A stretch of DNA of 64,000 bases. Origin: Dehalococcoidia bacterium. Its GTDB lineage: Bacteria > Chloroflexota > Dehalococcoidia > Lucifugimonadales > UBA3495. This document shows, in pieces, positions 18,158-28,624 of the stretch. The notes under the pieces were generated by a model, which worked only from the letters and a program-made list of their open reading frames with translations, was not told where the DNA came from and made no database searches. The translations under genes were made by a program, and so were the position numbers. The stretch spans positions 1,410,204 to 1,474,203 of the forward strand of contig OY761541.1 in NCBI GenBank assembly GCA_963664625.1. Direction: 5' to 3'. Positions within the stretch are counted from its first letter, which is position 1; every line of letters starts with the position of its first letter.

Positions 18158-18988
18158 CTACAACTCCACCGGCCGCAGGTAACCCATGTCTCCCTTGCGC
18201 TCCAAGTAGCCGGCGCGCACGTCGTGCCCGTGGGAGAAAACCAGAAGCCATCCCTGCTGTTCCGCCTGCGCCAGTATGTCCCGCTTGCGTTCCAAGGTAA
18301 CCTCCGGCGACCTGTCGAAAGCGGATATGACGGCCAAGTTCAGGTGATGCGGCGTTGGAACAAGGTCCCCCAGGAACACTATCCGTTCGCCGCCGTGGTT
18401 CACCATGACCATCTGGTGCCCCTTGGCGTGGCCGTCGGTGACAATCACGTTCAACCCCGGCATGATCTCACTGTCGCCGTGAAGCATTTCGAGTTGGCCC
18501 CGTTCGTCTATGGGCAGAAAGTTGTCCGCCCTGTGACTCACGTGGCACCGTTCGTTGGGATTGCAGGCCTCGTCCCAGCATGACTCTTGGACGTAGTACT
18601 TGGCCTTTGGGAACGTGGGAACGATGTTCCCCACCCGGTCCAACCGGGTGCAACCGCCGCTGTGGTCGAAATGAAGGTGAGTAAGTATTACTGCGTGGAT
18701 GTCCTTGGGCCCCAGGCCCAGTCCTTTGAGTCCCTTCAGCAAGCGGCTGGGCACCAACCCCAAGCTCTCCTTGTCGTTGTCGATGTCTTTGGAACCTACT
18801 CCGGTGTCCACCAATACGTTCTGTCCGCCCAATTGAAGCAACAGGCAGTTGAGGCCCAGGGTCATGCGGTTCTTGCGATCGGTAACCACACTGTTCTCCC
18901 AAGCCATCTTGGGCACCTGCCCGAACATGGAGCCGCCATCCAACTTGATGACTCCGTCGCTTAATACCTTGACAGCCGTCGACATCAT
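18158..18988 (-). CDS. MBL-fold metallo-hydrolase
   Basis: The HLHFDHSGG metal-binding motif is present. Start taken at ATG 18988 after a G-rich RBS. Confidence 0.8.
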   Translation of the reverse strand: MMSTAVKVLSDGVIKLDGGSMFGQVPKMAWENSVVTDRKNRMTLGLNCLLLQLGGQNVLVDTGVGSKDIDNDKESLGLVPSRLLKGLKGLGLGPKDIHAVILTHLHFDHSGGCTRLDRVGNIVPTFPKAKYYVQESCWDEACNPNERCHVSHRADNFLPIDERGQLEMLHGDSEIMPGLNVIVTDGHAKGHQMVMVNHGGERIVFLGDLVPTPHHLNLAVISAFDRSPEVTLERKRDILAQAEQQGWLLVFSHGHDVRAGYLERKGDMGYLRPVEL

Positions 18989-19256
18989 CTTAACCCCCAA
19001 ACCCTTAAACCTAACATTGTGTTCACCCTCCCCGCCGATGAAGTCCCGTCATCAGAAAAATAAAATTTATGACAATCTCTCTATAGTGAAAAGGCGCGCG
19101 AAAGTTCGCCTGAATTCAGGGACGCCGGTTGACGGGGTTCCGTCGTCTAAGACGAGCGGTCGATATAATAGGACCCTGTATGTATAGTTGTTCTATCTAT
19201 TTGAAAGTGGTTCACCTCCCTCTCTACTTGCGCAACCCGGCCTCAATACCCAACCC

Positions 19257-19310
19257 GTTATTCCCGCGCTGGGCCTGCCCTCGCCACCGCGAGGGCGGGA
19301 ATCCATAAGC
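19257..19310 (+). repeat. REP-A copy, expanded-loop variant
   Basis: gttattcccgcg...(extra 20 nt)...gagggcgggaatccataagc. Confidence 0.7.
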
Positions 19311-19650
19311 GTCGGGACCCGCCGCCCTCGCTTCACCCAGTCTGCAAAATCACTGCCCAAAGGCTCGCGTTGTCAAGAGAATTTATCATAAGTTTAAAAC
19401 TAATTTTATATTTATTACATAATTCACAAGTTGTCAACCCTGCCCCATTGGCTGAAAAAATCCCCGTAGCGGCCTTTCAAAGGCGTAAGCATCAGGACCC
19501 CAACGCAGGGACCACACGGCGGGCAGCGGTCCGCTGAAGCGGTTGGCGCTCAGGTCCAGTTCTGTCATCACCGCCAAGCCGCATCGTAAAGGGCGGCCAG
19601 TGCAGTCCCGTCGGATGTAGAAAGGTACTCTTTCATCTCATTCTATCTTA

Positions 19651-19675
19651 TATGTATCTCGCTGATAGATACATA
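19651..19675. promoter_or_regulatory. 9-bp inverted repeat with 7-nt spacer (possible operator)
   Basis: tatgtatct-cgctgat-agatacata lies in an AT-rich gene-free region upstream of the LuxR-type regulator. Confidence 0.25.
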
Positions 19676-19689
19676 AGTACTTCTATATG

Positions 19690-19874
19690 CCGCTGTATCA
19701 TAGGCGTTATGCATCTCTGTTGTCGCCTTTTGGATACCATAGTACTCAAGCAAGTGATACAGCCCTGTTGCAAGACCCGTGGATGAGAGACCATTGCCCC
19801 CTGGGATGCGGTCTCAGCTATCGTCAATGTCAGGGAACGGCATTTCCTGGTCCGTTAGTCCCTGGTTACTTTTT
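19690..19874 (+). ncRNA. candidate structured RNA/leader ending in a terminator-like hairpin
   Basis: Local hairpins are gagacc...ggtctc and cagggaacgg...ccgttagtccctg (19831-19864), followed by gttacttttt. Bracketed by inverted GTACTTCTATAT copies at 19677-19688 and 19906-19917. No family recognised. Confidence 0.2.
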
Positions 19875-20018
19875 CATCAACATCCTCCAAGTATATTTCC
19901 ATCGTATATAGAAGTACATAAATCGCTTGTTGCAATCATTCAAGGCAGAAGATAATTTGTTTGCCAAGTCGAACAAGACTTTATGCAAGGTTGGACATAA
20001 AGGGGAAACTGGGTTCTT

Positions 20019-20714
20019 ATGTCACTTACGACACAGGTCGAAGAGGCGGGTACATTGCCCGCAACCAGCCGGACCAAGGTGATGATCGTGGACGATCACA
20101 CCATCATGCGGGAGGGCCTCAAGGAACTGCTGGGCCGGGCAGGCAACTTCGAGGTGGTGGGCGAGGCCGGGGACGGCGCGGCAGCGGTGGCGACGGCGGC
20201 CAGCGTCCGACCCGATGTAGTCATCATGGAGATCACGGTACCGGTCAAAGGCGGCATAGAAGCCTGCCGGGAGATCCGGGAATTGCTGCCGGACACCCGG
20301 GTGCTGATACTGACGGCCTCCACCGATGAGGACGCGGTCATCCAAGCAGTGGCCGCCGGGGCCACGGGCTACCTGCAGAAGTATTGCAGCAAGGAGAAGC
20401 TGCTATCGACGCTGCGGGACGTGGCCGAAGGCGAGTTCCGTGTGCCGGCCCAAGCGATGCGGCGCGTTTTCGCCAACGTCCACGCCAGGTCGCCGCAGAC
20501 CGATGCGGCTGCCCTTGCCAGCCTGACGGCCCGGGAGCGGGAGATACTCGCCCTTTTCGCCCAAGGAATGTCCTACGCGGAGATAGCCCATGCGAAGGGC
20601 AATCGGCCCCTGACTATTCGCAACTCCATCTACGCCATCCAGAACAAGCTCAAGGTCAAGTCGAAGCAGGAGTTGGTGGTCCGCGCCGTGCGCAGCGGCC
20701 TTCTGGACGAATGA
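20019..20714 (+). CDS. NarL/LuxR-family response regulator with Glu at the phospho-acceptor position
   Basis: REC domain (VMIVDDH ... PDVVIMEITVP ... ILTAS ... YLQK) plus a C-terminal LuxR HTH (LTAREREILALFAQGMSYAEIA). Codon 71 (20229-20231, GAG) occupies the usual Asp position. Confidence 0.85.
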   Translation: MSLTTQVEEAGTLPATSRTKVMIVDDHTIMREGLKELLGRAGNFEVVGEAGDGAAAVATAASVRPDVVIMEITVPVKGGIEACREIRELLPDTRVLILTASTDEDAVIQAVAAGATGYLQKYCSKEKLLSTLRDVAEGEFRVPAQAMRRVFANVHARSPQTDAAALASLTAREREILALFAQGMSYAEIAHAKGNRPLTIRNSIYAIQNKLKVKSKQELVVRAVRSGLLDE

Positions 20715-20773
20715 TATGCCCAGTCAGGGACGGTAGCAGGGCAATCGTGTTTTGACGGTCACGGGTCACGGTT

Positions 20774-20859
20774 GTAGGGGCATGGCTTGTCCCTGCCCTG
20801 TGCCCGTCGGCCAGGACAACCACATAGGTCTCGCATAGGCATTCGCCGGTTGCCCTTAC
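20774..20859 (+). repeat. REP-B composite hairpin element
   Basis: GTAGGGGCAtggcttgtccctgccc ... ggTTGCCCTTAC, with inverted GTAGGGGCA-type heads. Similar to 29371-29440. Confidence 0.75.
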
Positions 20860-21048
20860 ACCCTGTCTGGTCACGGTAGTAACAGCCTTGGTTCCACAGC
20901 TACGGTCGGCCAAAACGCGATTGCCCTGTTCACCATCTCAGCCTCACCTCACCGCTGGTCAGGTGTTATACTATGCCCCATACTACCCTTGGAAACTTCA
21001 AGGCCGGTAAAGACGTTCCCGGCCAGAACATGATAAGGAGTCACCACC

Positions 21049-22452
21049 ATGCCCGATAGCGAAAGAGCGCTCATTGCCCACCTGTTGCGAAGGGCCGGAT
21101 TCGGCGCCACGCCGGAGGAGTTGGAAGGCTACGTCGCAAAAGGCTACGAGGCCACCGTTGAGGAACTGCTCAACCCGGTGCATGAAATTCCGTTTGACGA
21201 GGATGTGGTGCGCCGCTACCACATGGACCAGAACAGCTTGATGCTCATCGAAAGCGCCCAAGCCTACTGGATTTACCGCATGATCAACAGCAAGCGCCCC
21301 TTGGACGAAAAGATCGCCCTGTTCTGGCATCACCTCTTTGCCACCGCTTACGGCAAGCTGAACCACGCCAAGGGCGTGGTCAACCAGACCAACATGTTCC
21401 GCCGCTGCGGGCTGGGCCACTTCCGCACCCTGCTGTTGGAGCTTGCCCGCGACCCGGCCATGATCTTCTGGCTGGACAACAAGGACAACCACAAGGACGC
21501 CCCCAACGAGAACTTCGGCCGGGAGCTCCTGGAACTCTTCTCGATGGGTATCGGCAACTACACCGAGGCCGATGTGAAGGCCTGCGCCAGGGCGTTCACC
21601 GGCTGGACCATCGCCAACCAGGACTACATGAGCATCCGCGCTTCCCGCGACTCCATCTGGCCCCACGGCCGCTTGGATTGGCAGTTCGTCTACCGCCCCG
21701 AGGACCACGACGACACCGAAAAGACCTTCCTGGGACACACCGGTCGGTTCAACGGCGAGGACGTCATTGACATTATCTGCGAACACCCGGCTACCGCTTG
21801 GTTCGTGGCCAGTCGGTTGTACACCTTCTTCGTGTCCGACTCCATAGACGAAAGTGCGGTGCAAACGCTGGCCGACGAGTTTACCCGCACCAACGGGCAC
21901 ATCGGGTCGGTGATGCGGGTCCTGTTCACGTCCGACTTCTTCCGCTCCGAGGCGGTACGCTTCACCCGCGTGAAGAGCCCGGCGGAACTGGTCGCCGGAA
22001 CGGCCCGGCTGGCCGGCAGCCACCGCTTCCCCGACTGGAGCATCATCAACCTGGCGATGGACTCCAACTTCATGGGCCAGGAAATCCTGAACCCCCCCTC
22101 TGTGGAGGGCTGGCACACCGGCGCCGAGTGGATCGACACCGGCAGCTTGGTGGAGCGCATCAACTCCGCCGCCTTGGAAGTGGGCGACGTAAAGCAACCG
22201 GGCGTGAGGGACATCATCCGGCGGTTGCAGGAGCGCGGCGGCGTGCTGTCGCCGCAGGAATTTGTCGACGGCTGCCTGGACCTGGCCGGTAGTCTCTGGG
22301 TCTCTGAAGCTACCCGCAGCCACCTCATCGGCTATGCCGAGTCCCAAGGCGACCTCCGCTTCGATACCCCCGATGTTGCGTCCTGTTCCGAGCAGCGGGT
22401 AGCCGACATGCTTCAACTGATAGTGGCGACCCGCGAGTTCCAACTGGCCTGA
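21049..22452 (+). CDS. DUF1800 family protein
   Basis: The N-terminus ALIAHLLRRAGFGATPEELE and the overall sequence are typical of DUF1800. The 481-aa ORF on the opposite strand is a GC shadow. Confidence 0.75.
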   Translation: MPDSERALIAHLLRRAGFGATPEELEGYVAKGYEATVEELLNPVHEIPFDEDVVRRYHMDQNSLMLIESAQAYWIYRMINSKRPLDEKIALFWHHLFATAYGKLNHAKGVVNQTNMFRRCGLGHFRTLLLELARDPAMIFWLDNKDNHKDAPNENFGRELLELFSMGIGNYTEADVKACARAFTGWTIANQDYMSIRASRDSIWPHGRLDWQFVYRPEDHDDTEKTFLGHTGRFNGEDVIDIICEHPATAWFVASRLYTFFVSDSIDESAVQTLADEFTRTNGHIGSVMRVLFTSDFFRSEAVRFTRVKSPAELVAGTARLAGSHRFPDWSIINLAMDSNFMGQEILNPPSVEGWHTGAEWIDTGSLVERINSAALEVGDVKQPGVRDIIRRLQERGGVLSPQEFVDGCLDLAGSLWVSEATRSHLIGYAESQGDLRFDTPDVASCSEQRVADMLQLIVATREFQLA

Positions 22453-22490
22453 TTACCCGAACCCTCATAACCCGCACGAGGTAGCGTCGA

Positions 22491-23507
22491 ATGACCACCA
22501 AGACCGCGTTTCAATACAGCCACACCGTCGGTTTCCTGTCCAACCAGGGCCGGGGCTTCAACAACCCGGTGGATGTCGCCATTGACTCCCAAGGCGTTTT
22601 ATACGTGGTGAGCCGGGGAGGTCCGGAACTGGACCTCCGCCTCCACTACAAGCGGGTGACCATGTGCACTGTGGACGAGGAATACTTGGGGGAGTTCACC
22701 ACCGGAGGCACCGACGACGGCGGGCTGTGGTGGCCCAGCGCCATCGCTGTCGACAGCCAGGACAACATCTACATCGCTGACGAAGCCCTCCAACGGGTAT
22801 CCGTCTTCAACAAGCAGGGAACACTGTTGGACCAGTGGGGCGAACAGGGTTCCAGGGACGGTCAACTGGACCGTCCCTCCGCCTTGGCATTCGATGCCGA
22901 AGACAATCTGTACCTGACCGACAGCCTGAACCACCGGGTGCAGAAGTTCACCAAGGAAGGCAAATTCCTCGCCAAGTGGGGCGAAGAGGGAGACGGGCCG
23001 GGCCAGTTCAACATGCCTTGGGGCATCACCCTGGACCGACAGGGCAACGTGTACGTCGCCGACTGGCGCAACGACCGGGTGCAAAAGTTCGACTCCGCCG
23101 GCGGTTTCATCGCCCAGTGGGACGGCCAAGGAAGCCCGGACGACCGGTTCAACCGACCCTCCGGCTTGGCGGTGGACGACGAGGGCGACATCTACGTGTG
23201 CGACTGGGGCAACGAGCGCGTCCAGGTCCTCAGCCCCGCCGGAGAAACGCTGACCAGCTTCCGCGGCGACTCGATAACCTCGACCTGGTCCCGCGACTAC
23301 TTCCTGGCCAACCCCGAGGAGGGCGCCGCACGGTTGGAGTCCGATCTGGAGCCGGAAGTGGAGCCGTTGCAGGAACGCTCCCGGGAAATATCAGCCAACG
23401 TCGAAAAGCTTCTGTGGGGACCTACCGCCGTCAAGGTGGACAGCCAAGGCCGCATCTACATCGTAGACAGCCTCCGCCACCGCCTGCAGGTGTACCGGAA
23501 GGGGTGA
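22491..23507 (+). CDS. NHL-repeat beta-propeller protein
   Basis: Six repeats each end in LNHRVQKF / RNDRVQKF / GNERVQVL / LRHRLQVY-type NHL motifs. Confidence 0.8.
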   Translation: MTTKTAFQYSHTVGFLSNQGRGFNNPVDVAIDSQGVLYVVSRGGPELDLRLHYKRVTMCTVDEEYLGEFTTGGTDDGGLWWPSAIAVDSQDNIYIADEALQRVSVFNKQGTLLDQWGEQGSRDGQLDRPSALAFDAEDNLYLTDSLNHRVQKFTKEGKFLAKWGEEGDGPGQFNMPWGITLDRQGNVYVADWRNDRVQKFDSAGGFIAQWDGQGSPDDRFNRPSGLAVDDEGDIYVCDWGNERVQVLSPAGETLTSFRGDSITSTWSRDYFLANPEEGAARLESDLEPEVEPLQERSREISANVEKLLWGPTAVKVDSQGRIYIVDSLRHRLQVYRKG

Positions 23508-23565
23508 GCCTGACAACAAACCGGCCCTACCCCCAACCTGTCATTCCCACCTTACTACACGACTC

Positions 23566-23596
23566 GTCATTCCCGCGAAGGCGGGAATCCATACGC
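23566..23596 (+). repeat. REP-A copy (plus half-copy at 23540-23550)
   Basis: gtcattcccgcgaaggcgggaatccatacgc lies between convergent genes. Confidence 0.9.
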
Positions 23597-23663
23597 TCCA
23601 GCCGGCAACGAGGGGCTACCGGCGGATTCAATCGCCTTTGAGATAGTCGCCGGGTCTTAATCC

Positions 23664-25364
<1,701 letters not shown>

Positions 25365-25370
25365 TGACTG

Positions 25371-26855
25371 TTACAACTCCTCGCTTTGGGAAACTTGGTC
25401 CAGCCGCTCCGCGGCCGATTCCAACCGCAGAGCTACCAGGTCCCGGCCCAGCACCTCCATCGTCTCGAACAACGGGGGCGCGGCGGTCCGCCCGGTGACG
25501 GCGGTGCGCAATACACCAAAAAACTGACGGGCCGACAGCCCCAATTCGGCTCCAACGGCCCTCAGCAGCGCTTCAAGGGACTCGTGGTCGAATGACTCCG
25601 TTGAGGCAACCTCATCCATCGCCCTGCGGAGGGCGCCCAAGGTACCCTGAACATCCATCCCCCTCTGTACCAGTGTCTTGGGGTCGTACTCCGGCACGTC
25701 GTTGAAGAAGTAAGACGTCCACTCGTCGGCTTCAGACAGCAGCTTTACCCGCTCCTGCACCAGCGGCACTATGCGCTCCAAGTAGGGCTGCTCCACCGGC
25801 AGCGAATCCCCGGGCAGGTCTCTTTCCAGGAAGGGAAGCATACGCCCGGCCAGGTCGCCGGTGGACAACTGCCGCATGTAGACCCCGCTCATCCACTCCA
25901 GCTTCTCCCGGTCGAAGACCGCCGCCGACTTGGTTATCCGGTCCAGGGTGAAGTTGCTGGCGATCTCCTCCACCGGCAGCACCTCGGTCTTGTCGTCGAG
26001 AGACCAGCCCAGCAGCGCCATGAAGTTGACCAGCGCCTCGGGCAGGAAGCCTTCCTCCCGGTACTCCAGCACCCCGGTGGCGCCGTGCCGCTTGGACAGC
26101 TTGGAACGGTCCGGCCCCAGGATGATGGGCAGGTGCCCGAACTCCGGTGGGTCGAACCCCAGGGCGTCATAGAGTTGCAGGTGACGTGGCGTGCTGGGCA
26201 GCCACTCCTCGGCCCGCAACACGTGGCTGATGTTCATCAGGTGGTCGTCGGTCACCACCGCCAAGTGGTAGGTGGGAAAACCGTCGGACTTTAGGATGAT
26301 GAAGTCCTCCTGCAGGTCGTTCTGCCACTCCACGTCTCCGCGGATCAGGTCATGCACCTTGGTGACGCCGGAGGTGGGCATCCCGAACCGTATCACCGGC
26401 GCGCCGTTTTCGGCCTCCTTATCCCGGCGTTCCTGGGTCGTCATAGTCCGGCACTCGCAGGCATGGGCCGTGGTGAAGCCCTGCACCCGGCGCTCGTCCC
26501 GCATCCTGGCCAGCCGGTCGCGGCTGCAATAGCAGGGATAAGCCCGGCCTTCCCGCAGCAGCGACTCGGCCAGTTCCTGGTAGATGCTTAACCGTTCCGA
26601 CTGGATGTAGGGCGCGTAGGGGCCGCCCACCCGCGGGCCCTCGTCCCACGGGATGTTCAGCCACTCCAAGCAGTCCAGTACGGCGTCCATGGCCCCCGGC
26701 ACCAAGCGTTCCTGGTCGGTGTCTTCCACCCTTACGACGAACTTGCCGCCGCAACTCTTGGCGAACAACCAGTTGAACAGCGCCGTGCGGACGTTGCCGA
26801 TGTGCGGCTCTCCGGTGGGGCTGGGCGCGAATCTGACGCGGACTTCTTCCGCCAC
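25371..26855 (-). CDS. gltX: glutamate--tRNA ligase
   Basis: VRFAPSPTGEPHIGNVRTALFNW (HIGH) and KLSKRHG (KMSKS). Confidence 0.9.
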   Translation of the reverse strand: MAEEVRVRFAPSPTGEPHIGNVRTALFNWLFAKSCGGKFVVRVEDTDQERLVPGAMDAVLDCLEWLNIPWDEGPRVGGPYAPYIQSERLSIYQELAESLLREGRAYPCYCSRDRLARMRDERRVQGFTTAHACECRTMTTQERRDKEAENGAPVIRFGMPTSGVTKVHDLIRGDVEWQNDLQEDFIILKSDGFPTYHLAVVTDDHLMNISHVLRAEEWLPSTPRHLQLYDALGFDPPEFGHLPIILGPDRSKLSKRHGATGVLEYREEGFLPEALVNFMALLGWSLDDKTEVLPVEEIASNFTLDRITKSAAVFDREKLEWMSGVYMRQLSTGDLAGRMLPFLERDLPGDSLPVEQPYLERIVPLVQERVKLLSEADEWTSYFFNDVPEYDPKTLVQRGMDVQGTLGALRRAMDEVASTESFDHESLEALLRAVGAELGLSARQFFGVLRTAVTGRTAAPPLFETMEVLGRDLVALRLESAAERLDQVSQSEEL

Positions 26856-26923
26856 AATGGCCTCCCTGGACCGTTGGGTTGTGTTGACTTTTTACGTTCC
26901 GGGCAGGCCCACAATCCCATCTC

Positions 26924-26950
26924 GTCATTCCCGCGCAGGCGAGAATCCAG
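26924..26950 (+). repeat. REP-A copy (first of a tandem pair)
   Basis: gtcattcccgcgcaggcgagaatccag. Confidence 0.85.
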
Positions 26951-26966
26951 AATTGACGGCCTATCC

Positions 26967-26992
26967 GTCATTCCCGCGTAGGCGGGAATTCA
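26967..26992 (+). repeat. REP-A copy (second of a tandem pair)
   Basis: gtcattcccgcgtaggcgggaattca. Confidence 0.85.
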
Positions 26993-27014
26993 AATTTATT
27001 TTAACACGCTCAAA

Positions 27015-27971
27015 TCACCCTTCCTTCAACCGCTCCAAAACTGCCAACAGCTCCGGCGGCAACTCCGACCGGAACTCCACAGGCTCGCCTGTCGCCGGAT
27101 GCCGGAAGCCCAGGCGGTTGGCATGAAGGAACTGCCGGGACAGCAAGGGACTTGACCGCCCGTACACGCCGTCCCCCACCAACGGATGCCCAATGTAAGA
27201 CAGGTGTACCCTGATCTGGTGAGTCCGCCCCGTCTCCAGGACAACCTCCAAAAGGCTGTAGCCGGACCGGGCGCCCGCGGATGGCATCTGAGACCCGCCG
27301 GATAGCATGACGTACTCCAATACCCGATACCTGGTACGCGCCTCCCTACCGTCGGCCACAACCGCCATGCGCTTGCGGTGATGAGGGTCCCGCCCGATGG
27401 GCTCGTCGATTACCCCAACCTCCGGCTCCACCCTTCCCACGGCCAAGGCAAGGTAGCCCTTGTCGACCTGCCGAGCCTTGATCTGGTCCGAAATGTCCTG
27501 GTGGGCTTGGTGGGTCTTCGCCACCACCATCAAGCCCGAGGTGTCCTTGTCCAGCCGGTGTACGATCCCCGGCCTGATCTCGCCTCCCACGCCTTGGATG
27601 TCAGGGCAGATGGCCAGAAGCGCGTTGACCAGCGTATGGTCCGAATGTCCCGGCCCGGGATGCACCGCCAAGCCAGCCGGCTTGTCGATAACCGCGATGT
27701 GCTCGTCCTGGTAGACCACCGGGAGCGGCATCCACTGGGGGACGACCTCCGTGGGCTTGGGCGGCGGGACCGTCAACGTTATCCGGTCGCCGCGCCGCAC
27801 CTTGCTCGAAGCCTTGGAGCCGCTCCCGTTCAGCAGCGCCAGCCCGTCCCCTATCAGCCTTTGCAGTTGGGAGCGGGTCAACCCCGTCGGCTGCCCGGCC
27901 AGGAACTGGTCAAGGCGAAGGCCGCTCCGGTCGGCGGTGAAAGTCCTGGTTACCGGTCGAGACGCATCCAT
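27015..27971 (-). CDS. rluD: RluA-family 23S rRNA pseudouridine synthase
   Basis: An S4-like N-terminus is followed by HRLDKDTSGLMVVAKT, the catalytic motif. Overlaps the lspA 3' end. Confidence 0.85.
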   Translation of the reverse strand: MDASRPVTRTFTADRSGLRLDQFLAGQPTGLTRSQLQRLIGDGLALLNGSGSKASSKVRRGDRITLTVPPPKPTEVVPQWMPLPVVYQDEHIAVIDKPAGLAVHPGPGHSDHTLVNALLAICPDIQGVGGEIRPGIVHRLDKDTSGLMVVAKTHQAHQDISDQIKARQVDKGYLALAVGRVEPEVGVIDEPIGRDPHHRKRMAVVADGREARTRYRVLEYVMLSGGSQMPSAGARSGYSLLEVVLETGRTHQIRVHLSYIGHPLVGDGVYGRSSPLLSRQFLHANRLGFRHPATGEPVEFRSELPPELLAVLERLKEG

Positions 27972-28621
27972 CGCCGGTATTCTTCGTAGCGTTCGAGTCG
28001 AGAATCATTTGGTTGGCCCGTCCCTGCTCCGGTCATACTGGGTCCGTCCACGGCCTTCCCCGCACTTTCGACCCGTCGCCGGCCGGGTCCCATGAAGACC
28101 CAAGCCAGCAACACCAGCCCAACCACGATCGAGGAGTCGGCCAGGTTGAATATCGGCCAAGCCCCCACGTCCAGGAAGTCGGTGACGTGGCCGAACAGCA
28201 ACCGGTCGGTCAGGTTGCCCACCGCGCCGCCTATTTGCAGGCCCAGGCTCAACCGCAGCAGGTTGGAGGGAGGGCGCTGGCTGCGGTAAATCAACCCCAG
28301 GATGAAGATGCCCACAAACGCCACCACGATCAGCGGGGTGTTCTGCCCTTGGAACAGGCCGAAAGCGCTGCCGGTGTTGTAGGTGTGGGTTATCCTGAAA
28401 AACCCTTCCGCGGGGACGGACTGGCTGAGTTGCAGGTATTCCCGCACCAGGAACTTGGTGGCTTGGTCGCACAATACGACCAAGGCAGCCAGTTGGATAA
28501 GGGCCAGGTCCTTAAAGATAAACGAAGGCCCCTCCCCTTTCCCGTCTTTCCCGCGAAGGCGGGAAACCCGCCAGGGCCAGGCGCGGGGCGGGGCGGGACC
28601 TTCAGCTTCAGATTCCATCAA
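27950..28621 (-). CDS. lspA: lipoprotein signal peptidase II (start uncertain)
   Basis: DQATKFLV, NTGSAFG and FNLADS are LspA motifs. The only ATG gives a ~35-aa N-terminal extension that is partly read from a degenerate REP-A copy. Confidence 0.8.
   Translation of the reverse strand: MMESEAEGPAPPRAWPWRVSRLRGKDGKGEGPSFIFKDLALIQLAALVVLCDQATKFLVREYLQLSQSVPAEGFFRITHTYNTGSAFGLFQGQNTPLIVVAFVGIFILGLIYRSQRPPSNLLRLSLGLQIGGAVGNLTDRLLFGHVTDFLDVGAWPIFNLADSSIVVGLVLLAWVFMGPGRRRVESAGKAVDGPSMTGAGTGQPNDSRLERYEEYRRWMRLDR
28543..28567 (+). repeat. REP-A copy, degenerate
   Basis: gtctttcccgcgaaggcgggaaaccc lies inside the annotated 5' end of lspA. Confidence 0.6.
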
Positions 28622-28624
28622 CCC

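Noticed and set aside
19381-19440. An AT-rich block containing ATTTATTACATAATTCACA, considered as a possible XerCD dif site.
   Set aside because: It matches the E. coli dif XerD arm only partially and the XerC arm poorly. REP-A orientation does not switch here, and no lineage-specific dif consensus is available to me.
20998-22443. Very long ORFs antisense to recognised genes: 481 aa opposite DUF1800, 735 aa at 55350-57557 opposite the Mo-enzyme, 399 aa at 8072-9271 opposite fumC, 323 aa at 13787-14758, and 300 aa at 51708-52610.
   Set aside because: Their translations are Gly/Arg/Pro/Val/His-rich low-complexity strings with no motifs. The opposite strand carries clear family signatures in every case. 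This is the expected stop-codon-poor shadow frame of high-GC DNA.
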